DNA of 64,000 nucleotides from Bacteroidales bacterium (GTDB lineage: Bacteria; Bacteroidota; Bacteroidia; Bacteroidales; UBA932), in the NCBI GenBank assembly GCA_017630215.1, contig JAGBVR010000005.1, positions 34,254 through 98,253 of the forward strand, read 5' to 3'. This document shows, piece after piece, positions 20,023 through 29,801 of the stretch (within the stretch, counting starts at the first letter, position 1; every line of letters begins with the position of its first letter). Below the pieces are notes generated by a model. The model saw nothing but the letters and a program-made list of their open reading frames with translations, was not told the origin of the DNA and ran no database searches. The translations under genes were made by a program, and so were the position numbers.

Positions 20023-21237
20023 ATGGAGACCACTAAAAAAACTTCAGCGGAACTACTTGCCGCACAAGCTCTTGCATCACAGGTAAAGAAAGAATTGACA
20101 GAAAACATCCTTCCATACTGGATGCAGAAGATGACCCGTTCGGACGGAGGTTTCTACGGAAGAATAGACGGAAACGAGAATCTGGATCCGGCAGCACCCA
20201 TCGGAAATATCATGACTGCGCGTATGCTCTGGACATTTGCCTCCGCATACAGAGTGCTCGGAAATGAAGAATATCTGAAGATTGCCATCAAGGCTAAAGA
20301 GTTCATTATCAGCAACTTCTATGACGCAGAACTTGGAGGAACATATTGGTCTTTGAATGCTGATGGAACCCCACTCGATACCAAGAAACAGATTTATGCC
20401 ATTGCCTTTACCATCTATGGTCTCGCGGAACTGAACCGCGCTACAGGTGATGGACAAGCTCTCGAATATGCCATCAAATTATTCAACTCCATCGAAGACC
20501 ACAGCTTCGACACAGAGAAGGACGGCTATTTCGAGGCTTTTACACGAGAGTGGAACCAGATCGAGGATATGCGTCTGAGCGAGAAGGATGCCAACGAAAG
20601 CAAGACAATGAACACCCATCTGCACGTACTGGAGGCATACACCTGCCTATACCGAGTGTGGAAAAATGCGCGATTGGAAGAGCGTCTGCGCGGCCTGATT
20701 GCCATTTTCGAAGAAAAGATTCTGGCTCAGGACGGACACCTTAAGCTGTTCTTTGACAATGACTGGAACTGCGGGTATGACATTTTCTCATATGGACACG
20801 ACATCGAGGCTTCATGGCTGATACACGAGGCAGCCCTTGTGCTCGGCGATGCGGAAGTATTGGCCAGAATGGACAAACTTGTACCTGCTGTCGCAGCAGC
20901 CGCTTCGGAGGGATTCTCGCAGCAGGAAGGTATGATATATGAAAAGACGGCAGAGGAAACCGATGCTGACCGCCATTGGTGGGTGCAGGCAGAAAGCGTC
21001 GTGGGATATTTCAATCTGTGGGACCACTTCGGCAGCCAGGAAGGTCTGGAAAACGCCCTTTGCTGCTGGGAGTTCATAAAGTCACACATAATCGACCGTG
21101 AGAACGGAGAATGGTTCTGGAGTCTTCGCGCAGACGGAACGGTGAACCGGGATGACGACAAGGCCGGCTTCTGGAAGTGTCCATACCACAACGGCCGCAT
21201 GTGTCTGGAAATCATCGAACGCACAGCGCAAAGGTAA
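20023..21237 (+). CDS. Cellobiose/mannobiose 2-epimerase (AGE family)
   Basis: KTMNTHLHVLEAY, SYGHDIEASWL, WWVQAE, WKCPYHNGR; TATATTTG promoter at 19996-20003 supports the 20023 start. Confidence 0.94.
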   Translation: METTKKTSAELLAAQALASQVKKELTENILPYWMQKMTRSDGGFYGRIDGNENLDPAAPIGNIMTARMLWTFASAYRVLGNEEYLKIAIKAKEFIISNFYDAELGGTYWSLNADGTPLDTKKQIYAIAFTIYGLAELNRATGDGQALEYAIKLFNSIEDHSFDTEKDGYFEAFTREWNQIEDMRLSEKDANESKTMNTHLHVLEAYTCLYRVWKNARLEERLRGLIAIFEEKILAQDGHLKLFFDNDWNCGYDIFSYGHDIEASWLIHEAALVLGDAEVLARMDKLVPAVAAAASEGFSQQEGMIYEKTAEETDADRHWWVQAESVVGYFNLWDHFGSQEGLENALCCWEFIKSHIIDRENGEWFWSLRADGTVNRDDDKAGFWKCPYHNGRMCLEIIERTAQR

Positions 21238-21272
21238 AGTATAACCATCTCACCACCAATCGTTTAAGCAAA

Positions 21273-21301
21273 CTGCGTGCTCCCCATAGTGCAGCACGCA
21301 G
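21273..21301. repeat. Palindromic element (inverted copy at 32544-32572)
   Basis: CTGCGTGCTCCCCATAGTGCAGCACGCAG; 27/29 identical to the reverse complement of 32544-32572. Confidence 0.75.
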
Positions 21302-21344
21302 ATAATATAACCAACTGATAATCAGACACTAAAACACTGCTGTC

Positions 21345-22886
21345 ATGAAACGCACCCTATTATCTGCCATGCTGGTCTGCATAGCCATCGCAGCTGCAGC
21401 ACAAGGTTACACCAATCCCGTAGTACGAGGATTCAACCCCGACCCGAGCGTATGCCGCGTAGGAGAAGACTACTACTTGGTAACCAGCAGTTTCCAATAC
21501 TATCCCGGAGTACCTCTATACCATAGCAAAGACCTGGTGAACTGGGAGCAGATCGGCCACGTTCTGACGCGAGAATCACAACTTTACCTCAATGGTGCCA
21601 ATTCCAACGGAGGCATCTACGCCCCTGTCATCCGTCACCACAACGGCAGATTCTACATGATCACGACCAATGTCTCTACAGTAGGCAATTTCATCGTCAC
21701 CACAGACGACATCCGCGGAGAATGGTCAGATCCGATCCCAGTGAAGGTGGGAGGAATCGACCCTTCGCTTTTCTGGGACGAAGACGGCAAATGCTGGTAC
21801 ACTGGTTCTGCTGATGGAGGAATCCTCCTTTGCCAGATCAATCCGGACACAGGAGAGGTCCTGACTACCCCGAAGCGAGTATGGGATGGAACCGGAGGAC
21901 GCTGGCCAGAGGCACCGCATATCTACAAAAAAGATGGATGGTACTATCTGATGATAGCCGAAGGAGGTACAGAATTCGGTCATAATGAGACAATTGCAAG
22001 AAGCCGCCACATCGACGGTCCATATACATCTGCGCCGCACAATCCGATTCTGGCACACTATAAGGCAGCAACTCAGGACAATCCGATCCAAGGCGTCGGA
22101 CATGCAGATATTGTCCAGGCTCACGACGGTTCATGGTGGCTTGTATGCCTTGGCTTCCGCACTCAGAGCGGCATGCATCACCTGTTGGGCCGCGAGACTT
22201 TCCTTGCTCCGGTACGTTGGGATGAAGGAGCTTGGCCTGTAGTGAATGCAACCGGTGACATTGCCATCAGTATGAATGTCCCAACCCTCCCTCTCCAGCC
22301 GTTCGAAGCAAAACCGGCACGCAATGAATTCGACGCCCAGCTCGGTCCGGAATGGTCATATCTGCGCAATCCAGATCTATCGAAATATCAGATAGCAGAC
22401 GGAAGACTGAGAATATACGGCACAGCGGCAGGTACTGACGAGGCCGCAGTTTCACCGTCATTCGTATGCTACAGGCAGACAGAACACAATTTCACTGCGG
22501 AAACATGCCTGAAGCTTACCAATGCGGACAAGGCCGGAATGAGCATCTATATGGATCATAACGGACACTACGACATCAGTCTCACAAAGAAGGGAGGCAG
22601 GAGCGTCATAGAGACCGTTTACAGACTTGGAACAATCACTCATAAAGAAGAAATACCGTTCAAGGGCAACAAGGTATGGCTGAGACTTACAGGAGATCCT
22701 CTTCAGTACCAGATGTGGTATTCAGCTGATGGTAAAAACTTCAAATCAGCAGGAACCGGTGACACAAGGTATCTCAGCAGCGAAACTTACGGTAATTTCA
22801 CCGGCATCATGCTCGGCCTCTGGGCCCAGTCTGCTTCCGGAAAGGGTTACGCCGATTTCGACTACTTTGAATACAATCCTATGTAG
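21345..22886 (+). CDS. GH43 beta-xylosidase/arabinofuranosidase with C-terminal beta-sandwich
   Basis: NPDPSVCRVG, GIDPSLFWD, WPEAPHIYK, LGRETFLAPV; signal peptide. Confidence 0.93.
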   Translation: MKRTLLSAMLVCIAIAAAAQGYTNPVVRGFNPDPSVCRVGEDYYLVTSSFQYYPGVPLYHSKDLVNWEQIGHVLTRESQLYLNGANSNGGIYAPVIRHHNGRFYMITTNVSTVGNFIVTTDDIRGEWSDPIPVKVGGIDPSLFWDEDGKCWYTGSADGGILLCQINPDTGEVLTTPKRVWDGTGGRWPEAPHIYKKDGWYYLMIAEGGTEFGHNETIARSRHIDGPYTSAPHNPILAHYKAATQDNPIQGVGHADIVQAHDGSWWLVCLGFRTQSGMHHLLGRETFLAPVRWDEGAWPVVNATGDIAISMNVPTLPLQPFEAKPARNEFDAQLGPEWSYLRNPDLSKYQIADGRLRIYGTAAGTDEAAVSPSFVCYRQTEHNFTAETCLKLTNADKAGMSIYMDHNGHYDISLTKKGGRSVIETVYRLGTITHKEEIPFKGNKVWLRLTGDPLQYQMWYSADGKNFKSAGTGDTRYLSSETYGNFTGIMLGLWAQSASGKGYADFDYFEYNPM

Positions 22887-22891
22887 TTCAG

Positions 22892-25705
22892 ATGAAAAAG
22901 CATATTGCAGTCATCCTATGTACAATTGCCTGTGTAACCACTTACGCAGGCAATGATTCTTTCCCTTCTATCTCTGAAATTGACCGGAAGGGATTTTTCC
23001 CACTTTCATCACAGAAGCATTCAACCATTTATGTCGACAATGGCGATTTCAAAGTCGTAGAGATAGCAGCCGGAATGCTTGCTGAAGACATTGAGAGAGT
23101 GACAGGAAGGGCTGCGGAAACCTCAGTGATTGAAAATCACAGGATGATTGCAGCGGACGTCTGTATCGTCGCAGGAACCTGGGGGCAGAGCAGACTTGTC
23201 GACTGGATTGTCAAAAAAAACAATATCGACGTCAGCTCCATTGAAGGCAAATGGGAGGCCTTCATCATAACTACCACCGTACATCCCAAGAACGGAACTC
23301 CGTTGCTTGCCATCATCGGAAGCGACAGAAGAGGTACAGCATACGGCCTTACATCCCTCAGCGAGGCAATAGGAGTATCTCCTTGGTACTGGTGGGCAGA
23401 TGTCACTCCTGCCGTGAAAAAGGGGTTGTTCATAGAGCCGGGAACATTCGTTCAGGACGGGCCATCAGTACAGTATAGAGGCATATTCATCAATGACGAA
23501 CGTTTCGGCGGATGGGCAAAATGGGCCGAACAGACTTTCGACAAGGAGAGCGGAAAGGTAGGCCCCAAGACTTACGAAAAGGTTTTTGAACTTCTCCTTC
23601 GCCTGAAGGCCAATTACTTATGGCCGGCAATGCATAATGGAAGCGCAGCATTCAATTCCAATCCCGACAATGCCCGGCTTGCAGATGACTACGCCATCGT
23701 AATGGGTTCATCACACTGCGAACAGATGCTCCGCAACAATGAAGACGAATGGAAGAATGTCGGAACATACGGTGATTTCAATTACATCACGAACCGGCAG
23801 ACAATGCTGGATTACTGGGAAGAAAGAGTACAGACCAACGGCAGATACGAAAACATCTACACTCTCGGCCTGCGCGGAATCCACGACTATCCGATGGAGG
23901 GAGCCCAGACCACAAGCGAGCGTGTTCGCCTTATGCAGCAGGCCATCGATGATCAGAGAGCCATCCTGAGCAGGAATATAGACAAGCCTCTGGAAGATAT
24001 CCCACAGGTACTCTGTACATATGAAGAAGTACTGGAAGCATATCATAACGGACTGCAGGTACCGGAAGATGTCACCCTCCTTTGGTCGGACGACAAGCAC
24101 GGATACTGCCGCAATCTTTCCAATCCCGCAGAGCAGAAACGCAAGGGAGGAGCCGGCATCTACTATCACCTGTCCTACCACGGGGACCCTGCCAGCTGGA
24201 TATGGCTAAGTCCGCTCTCACCCTCATTCATTTCCACTGAGCTTACCAAGGCATATGAATTCGGAGCCAGAAAGATCTGGGTGTTCAATGTCGGAGACAT
24301 CAAGCCTGCCGAGAAGGAAATCTCCTTTGCGATGGACCTTGCCTGGGACATAGAGAGATGGAATCCCGCAAATGCCCACACATATATAAATCACTGGGCA
24401 TCAAAGACTTTTGGAGAAAGTCTTTCTGGCGAAATTGCTGACATGCAGGAACGATATTATCAGTTGCAGGCTGGCGGCAAGGATTCACATGTCTGGTTTG
24501 TGGATTATACTCAAAAGCAGTTGGAAGAAAGACTTGACAGTTGGAGAAGCCTTGCCCTGATGGCGGAGAAACTGGCTGAAGAAGTGCCGGAAAATCTGCA
24601 GGATGCATATTTTGAACTCGTACGCTACCCGATTCAAGGCGCCGCCATGCTCAATGAATTCCAGCTCCTTGCCCGCAGAAGCATGGTCAGGGCGAGCGTC
24701 AGCGACTTTACAGGAGCAGAGCAGGATGCTGGCAGCGTAGTCCGACTGTTCCGCGATCTCAACGACTGGACCGACCGATATAATAATGAAATCAACGGCG
24801 GCAAATGGGACAATTTCTTCAATTGGCGTCCTTATCACATGTACTGGTCTGACAATCTGGACATCACTTACTACGACCCTTCCGTTCAGGATATGGCTGC
24901 GGTCAGACCACGGTTCCTTCCTGTGGAGGAAGCGCTTTCCGAAGAGGGTATTGCCATAGAGTGTGACATCGATACAGAGGTACCTATATGGATAGAAGCT
25001 CTCTCTCCGGTACAGAACTTCTCAAAGGCACCGCAGGATAATATTTTCTGCCGCGTCTGCCTCGGTGATGAAAGTTTCGAGGCCTCGGCCACACCGATCA
25101 ATAATGTCTGGCATTCGCCATATATCGGACCAATGTGGAGCAAAGTCGGTACCCTTCACTTGCGCAAAGGAAACAACCTCCTGAATATCAGAGAATTGAA
25201 AGAAGACGCCGAAATATATCGCATATTTATGGGTATCTGGCCACCGTTCAGCGAGGAACCACGTCTGCGCATCCCCGCATCAGAATTTTCCGGGAAAAAA
25301 GATGCTGCCAGGGGCTCAATATCTATTATCAAAAATCTGGGATATTCCGATGGTGTACTTATCCAGCCGTTCGACACCCCTTCATACAAAACATCAGATT
25401 CCGCTCCTTATGTGGAATACGAAATCAAGCTGAAAGAAGGGGACAATATCATAGAAGTCCGCACACTGCCCACACTTCACATATATGAAGGTCGTGAGGC
25501 GCGGTATTCAGTACAGATTGGAGAAGGAGCACCGGAAACATTCTCTATCCACGCAGGGGACTTCACTGCCGAGTGGAGACTGAATGTTCTCAGGGGTTAC
25601 TCATCACGCTGTATCACCATTCCGGCAGGATGCACAGGAGAACAGACCATAAAGATCAGCCTCCTCGACCCGGGAATCGTACTGCAGGAAATCCTGGTGC
25701 ACTAA
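22892..25705 (+). CDS. GH115 alpha-glucuronidase-family protein
   Basis: GSDRRGTAYG, YRGIFINDE, LRLKANYLWPAMH, VMGSSHCEQM, NVGDIKPAE. Confidence 0.92.
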   Translation: MKKHIAVILCTIACVTTYAGNDSFPSISEIDRKGFFPLSSQKHSTIYVDNGDFKVVEIAAGMLAEDIERVTGRAAETSVIENHRMIAADVCIVAGTWGQSRLVDWIVKKNNIDVSSIEGKWEAFIITTTVHPKNGTPLLAIIGSDRRGTAYGLTSLSEAIGVSPWYWWADVTPAVKKGLFIEPGTFVQDGPSVQYRGIFINDERFGGWAKWAEQTFDKESGKVGPKTYEKVFELLLRLKANYLWPAMHNGSAAFNSNPDNARLADDYAIVMGSSHCEQMLRNNEDEWKNVGTYGDFNYITNRQTMLDYWEERVQTNGRYENIYTLGLRGIHDYPMEGAQTTSERVRLMQQAIDDQRAILSRNIDKPLEDIPQVLCTYEEVLEAYHNGLQVPEDVTLLWSDDKHGYCRNLSNPAEQKRKGGAGIYYHLSYHGDPASWIWLSPLSPSFISTELTKAYEFGARKIWVFNVGDIKPAEKEISFAMDLAWDIERWNPANAHTYINHWASKTFGESLSGEIADMQERYYQLQAGGKDSHVWFVDYTQKQLEERLDSWRSLALMAEKLAEEVPENLQDAYFELVRYPIQGAAMLNEFQLLARRSMVRASVSDFTGAEQDAGSVVRLFRDLNDWTDRYNNEINGGKWDNFFNWRPYHMYWSDNLDITYYDPSVQDMAAVRPRFLPVEEALSEEGIAIECDIDTEVPIWIEALSPVQNFSKAPQDNIFCRVCLGDESFEASATPINNVWHSPYIGPMWSKVGTLHLRKGNNLLNIRELKEDAEIYRIFMGIWPPFSEEPRLRIPASEFSGKKDAARGSISIIKNLGYSDGVLIQPFDTPSYKTSDSAPYVEYEIKLKEGDNIIEVRTLPTLHIYEGREARYSVQIGEGAPETFSIHAGDFTAEWRLNVLRGYSSRCITIPAGCTGEQTIKISLLDPGIVLQEILVH

Positions 25706-25899
25706 TTCCTGATATTCCTTATCAATGTAAAGAGGCGTCCAGCCGCCCAGATGATAAGAAGCACATAGCCCGCAAGAAGGATCTTGGCGTTGGTTCCGTC
25801 AAGTCCTGCACGGATGTGTATTACCATAAATACAGTAAGTGCCACAATCATCAGCGCCATAAATACGGCATAGAATATCTTCAAAGCTTTATTTCCCAT
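25702..25899 (-). CDS. Small two-TM membrane protein
   Basis: MGNKALKIFYAVFMALMIVAL... with two hydrophobic helices; ATG at 25899. Confidence 0.6.
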   Translation of the reverse strand: MGNKALKIFYAVFMALMIVALTVFMVIHIRAGLDGTNAKILLAGYVLLIIWAAGRLFTLIRNIRN

Positions 25900-25993
25900 A
25901 ATGTCTGAAAATCTGTTTAAAGGGGATAAATTTGAAACACCATCTGAGTTGTAAGGTCGCTTTGGCATCTGACTACCAAAAGCAGGATAGTTA

Positions 25994-27313
25994 TCAGAAT
26001 CCTTTACTGAAGAGCGTTAACATCCAGATGCTACACGTAGTGGCGTGCTCAACAGGGATTGCCTGTTTTTGCAGCGTGACGATATCGGCTCCAAAAGCTT
26101 CAAGAATGGCGAGACTGTTTTCCTGTGGAACTACAGCATCATACGGTGAATAGTGGAGGGTCATTGGGTGGGTTGGTGTCCAACCTTTGGTCAAGTCGTT
26201 CTTCTCAAGGCAACGATAGAATGCCTTACATATATTTGAATCCTTATCTAGCATTTCAGGACTTAGAATATCTGTAAGGTATATCTCATTCTCGGCAAGA
26301 TCAGCATCTACGGTTTGTCTTACCTTGTCAATAAACACCTGGTTGATCGCAGATGTGTTATGCTCCTTGCCGGCGATCATATCTTCAATCTCATCTCTGG
26401 CGGCAAGGTAGTTCTGTGCATAGGCCATTTCCTCAGTGAAACCACTCATGATCTGAGGATATGAGTCGAACATAGTCTTAATAACCAAAGGGAAGACAAC
26501 AGGGTAAGACACCTTTCCATCTGTAAGGTACTTATCGATAGTGGCCACAGGGCTGTAAGGCCCCGACGAGCAGTTAGATGATGCGAAATTCCATTTTTCA
26601 GCAAGTTCAATGTGCGTATCCAAATACTTGTGAACGGCAATCGCATTGGCCGCGCCCTGTGATGCGCCGGCAAGGTAGAGTTTCCAACCCTCTGCCACGC
26701 CACACTTACCAGTCTCGCCAAAAAGGTCATATCCGGATGTCAGAGCATCGATAGAGTTGATGGCACAGACGTCGTGGTGAAGGTATGGGTGCGACAAATC
26801 CTTGGTTACTCCATAACCTATATAGTCGGGCATAATGGTAAGAGTATTGCCTGTAATGAACATTTCCAGTGGAAAAGTGTTGGTAGGAGCCTCTGCATCG
26901 CTGGTGATGGTGTAATGCTCCATCAAACAGATATTATCGGGCTGAAGATCATTCCATACATCATTCACGAAGTATCCTAACCAGAAAGCTACGGAAGAGA
27001 GGGTGATAGGATCTCCCTTTGCATCGGTGCTAGGATATGTATATGCCACCTTACGAAATCCGATTTGAATATCGATTCCCAATCTCTGCTCCAAAGCACT
27101 TTCTCTAATAGCGAAAGTAGCCTCCAAAGGCTCTTTAAGAGCAGCATAATCTTCGGGAATGTTTCCGAGGAAGGTACTCATAGTGAGTTTCGTGTCGCTC
27201 ATCAATTCATACGTCTTTTCTGGTTCGACATCTGGAGTAGCATCGGGAGCACACGCAACAAACATCGGCATTACCAGGACTAAGACAAATAATACTAATA
27301 CAGTTTTCTTCAT
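25994..27313 (-). CDS. Alpha/beta-hydrolase (secretory lipase-like) lipoprotein
   Basis: PDYIGYG, GASQG nucleophile elbow, D.VVP and C-terminal His; lipobox FVAC. Confidence 0.8.
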   Translation of the reverse strand: MKKTVLVLFVLVLVMPMFVACAPDATPDVEPEKTYELMSDTKLTMSTFLGNIPEDYAALKEPLEATFAIRESALEQRLGIDIQIGFRKVAYTYPSTDAKGDPITLSSVAFWLGYFVNDVWNDLQPDNICLMEHYTITSDAEAPTNTFPLEMFITGNTLTIMPDYIGYGVTKDLSHPYLHHDVCAINSIDALTSGYDLFGETGKCGVAEGWKLYLAGASQGAANAIAVHKYLDTHIELAEKWNFASSNCSSGPYSPVATIDKYLTDGKVSYPVVFPLVIKTMFDSYPQIMSGFTEEMAYAQNYLAARDEIEDMIAGKEHNTSAINQVFIDKVRQTVDADLAENEIYLTDILSPEMLDKDSNICKAFYRCLEKNDLTKGWTPTHPMTLHYSPYDAVVPQENSLAILEAFGADIVTLQKQAIPVEHATTCSIWMLTLFSKGF

Positions 27314-27537
27314 ACTTTAAAGATTCTTATCAATTAATTAACGTCAGCTCGACGAAATCAAGCTGTTGAACAATCGACAAAGTTAGGTAAATTTCTGTAT
27401 GGCTGATGCCTTTTGCAAACTTTATGACCGCTTTATCAAGGCGGATGGACTTGCATCTATCGCTCGGGGACAAAATGCTCAAAGCAGGCAGAGCAGCCCT
27501 TGGACTGAGCTGCTCTGTCTGGATTAGACAATTGGAC

Positions 27538-27611
27538 TTGTCATTCCGAGACTCCTCTTCTTGTCATTCCAAGACTCCTCTTCTTGTCATTCCGAGCTTG
27601 ACGAGGAATCT
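27538..27611 (+). repeat. TGTCAT-tagged palindrome with two 23-bp truncated tandem copies
   Basis: TTGTCATTCC(G/A)AGACTCCTCTTC x2, then the complete TTGTCATTCCGAGCTTGACGAGGAATCT. Confidence 0.85.
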
Positions 27612-27717
27612 CCTGTCAATTAAGGAATGAGGCTGAAATCCGGTCGGCTTACGCCGACTCAAGATTTCTCAGTCGGGGAGCCGAGAGGCTCTGCGCCAGA
27701 TAAATCAGGGGGAATTC

Positions 27718-27742
27718 CAAGTCCACGCTACGCGGGGACTTG
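27718..27742 (-). other. Hairpin abutting the stop codon (candidate DGR target-recognition stem-loop)
   Basis: CAAGTCC-C-CGC GTA GCG-T-GGACTTG begins at the base after TAA. Confidence 0.55.
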
Positions 27743-27935
27743 TTATTCCTGGACGCAACGAAGAGAATACCCATCCGCACGGTTGAGGTCGTTCATGTAG
27801 ACATTGCTGCCGTAGAAGAAGAGGTAGTAGGCGTGGTCGAGGTAGTAGTCGTCGTACGGTCTGGACGACCAATAGCTGCCGCAGTGGCCTCGATTATCGG
27901 CACCGCCGCCGTAGCAATCGCGGTAGCCGGCAGCA
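27743..27935 (-). other. Putative DGR variable region (VR)
   Basis: Run of 17 consecutive NNC codons (TAC GAC GAC TAC TAC CTC GAC CAC GCC TAC TAC CTC TTC TTC TAC GGC AGC); GC content rises abruptly relative to the rest of the gene. Confidence 0.7.
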
Positions 27936-29614
27936 GGGAAAAATACCTGAGGAACTGTTTCTGTATATGAACTTGGTCCACTGAACCAATAACCAGGCTG
28001 ACCATTTTCATTAGTTGTCCAAGATGAATAATTGTTATTCAATTCATCCAGTTCAGCATATGTCGGAACACGCCATCCTTCTGGACAAGGATCGTATTCT
28101 GTCTTTTTCGGATTAGACTCTGTACCAGAATTCCACAACTTATCATTTCTAGGATCTACCCAATCTCCATTATTAAAGGCAGTATAAAAAATATTTGACC
28201 TACTCTTATGATTGCCTGTTACTACTGAGAATCCTCCCTCTTCTATTGTCGGAACTGTTGCATCAGAAACCTCGCCTACATTATTTCCGTTTACATCGTA
28301 AAAGTTTCCGGAATATCCCTGGCCATACTTCCTACCCCACTGATAAAGCTTGCCATATTTGTAATCATCCTTATGATAACCACAGTTCACAGGAGCCCAT
28401 ACTGCCATACCAATTGCTGTTCCCTTACCATGATTGACACCATACTCATCGATGTAATCAGCACTTGCGACTGCAGCTGCCGAAACAGTTACTGAACAAG
28501 TAGCTACCTTGCCACCAGCTGCCGCAGATACTTTGGCTGTTCCAGACTGTAAAGCTGTCACCAGACCTGCCTGATCAACTGAAGCAACCGCTGGATTGTC
28601 CGAGCTCCATACAACTGTCTTATCGGTCGCATCCTTAGGGCCGACTGTTGCAGTAAGCTGAGCTACATAACCCTCATAAAGCTTAAGAGAGCTTGAACTA
28701 AGATTAACACACGAAACTGGAACTATCAGTTCCTCGTCATCACCTGAATCATCTCCGGCCGAAGAACCAAGCTTTACAGGTGGCATAACCAACAAAGATG
28801 AACGAAGGACTGTATTGGTCTTATCTGTCTCGATCGTATAAGTTTTATTGTCTGAATCTGTAACCGTGAGAGTGAAGCCACTGCCAAAAAGCACCGGTGG
28901 AAGGGAGATAATGAACTCTGTAGCTTTACTTTCATTAAGCTGAACACCGGATCCGCAGTTGAGAGTGACTGATTTAGATGCGCTGGCTGCCATTGTAATG
29001 GCTGGCTTGGTTTCATCGGTATAGGCTGTCACAACAGCTGCGCCAGAAAGTTTCTCATTATTCCTGCCTTGGAGTTTTATTGAAGTGACCTTTTGAGTGC
29101 CCTTGAGCTGAAGCTTCATGCCACCAAGGACGTTCTTGAAGGTAATGTTATTGTTTTCACTGACAGCCACCATTGCCATTGAACCGTTGCCGAAACTTTC
29201 TGAGGCATAGGTCTGCTCGGATGGGAGGACTACGTCGAGGGTATAATTAGATCCCGATTTTGCAGCCTCGATTGCATCAGCATATGGATAATATACAATA
29301 TTGTGGTCCCACTCGGTGCCGGCGTTGATATTGCCGTTAGAGCCTGAGACGTTTTCAAAAGAAGCGGAGGTCTTGCCGACGCTTGATGAGAGGATTCTGT
29401 ACTTAAGACCGAGGGATGATTTCATAAATCCTACGATCTGGTCACCTTCTGACCAGCGGATGTTGTTATGGGCATCCATATACGTCTTGGTGGCGGTTTC
29501 CTGCTCGATCTGAGCTGTGATTATATCTGAATCCTGTGATACAACAGGAGATTCTGCTTTGTTGCAGGCGGCGATGAGGGTAAGAGCCGCTAAATAGATG
29601 AAAGACTTTTTCAT
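27743..29614 (-). CDS. Fimbrillin-like lipoprotein with Ig (Big_2) and C-terminal Fib_succ_major/C-type-lectin-fold domain; probable DGR target
   Basis: Lipobox IAAC, TKT processing motif, Big_2 (VWSSDNPAVASVD..GLVTA), GKLYQWGR, DPCPEGWRVPT..E, FPAAGYR...YWSS...GYSLRCVQE. Confidence 0.85.
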   Translation of the reverse strand: MKKSFIYLAALTLIAACNKAESPVVSQDSDIITAQIEQETATKTYMDAHNNIRWSEGDQIVGFMKSSLGLKYRILSSSVGKTSASFENVSGSNGNINAGTEWDHNIVYYPYADAIEAAKSGSNYTLDVVLPSEQTYASESFGNGSMAMVAVSENNNITFKNVLGGMKLQLKGTQKVTSIKLQGRNNEKLSGAAVVTAYTDETKPAITMAASASKSVTLNCGSGVQLNESKATEFIISLPPVLFGSGFTLTVTDSDNKTYTIETDKTNTVLRSSLLVMPPVKLGSSAGDDSGDDEELIVPVSCVNLSSSSLKLYEGYVAQLTATVGPKDATDKTVVWSSDNPAVASVDQAGLVTALQSGTAKVSAAAGGKVATCSVTVSAAAVASADYIDEYGVNHGKGTAIGMAVWAPVNCGYHKDDYKYGKLYQWGRKYGQGYSGNFYDVNGNNVGEVSDATVPTIEEGGFSVVTGNHKSRSNIFYTAFNNGDWVDPRNDKLWNSGTESNPKKTEYDPCPEGWRVPTYAELDELNNNYSSWTTNENGQPGYWFSGPSSYTETVPQVFFPAAGYRDCYGGGADNRGHCGSYWSSRPYDDYYLDHAYYLFFYGSNVYMNDLNRADGYSLRCVQE

Positions 29615-29630
29615 GATGTTTACTGATTAA

Positions 29631-29683
29631 AGATCCCTCGACAAGCTCGGGATGACAATGAGACAAGCTCATGATGACAATGA
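29631..29683 (-). repeat. TGTCAT-tagged palindrome with one 22-bp truncated copy
   Basis: GACAAGCTC(GG/AT)GATGACAATGA x2; complete palindrome at 29631-29657. Confidence 0.8.
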
Positions 29684-29684
29684 A

Positions 29685-29801
29685 TTACCAGATGCCATCG
29701 TTTTCTTCAAGGGTTTCTGTTCCCGAACTTGCACAAAGGACTCCTTCCGAATAAAGTTCCAGCTCTTCAATGGCCGGAGATAGATACTGTTTTTCTTCCA
29801 T
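29685..29801 (-). CDS. 38-aa small peptide upstream of the fimbrillin gene
   Basis: Below ORF-track cutoff. ATG 29801 to TAA 29685 gives MEEKQYLSPAIEELELYSEGVLCASSGTETLEENDGIW; minus-strand TACTTTTG promoter at about 29923-29930. Confidence 0.75.
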   Translation of the reverse strand: MEEKQYLSPAIEELELYSEGVLCASSGTETLEENDGIW

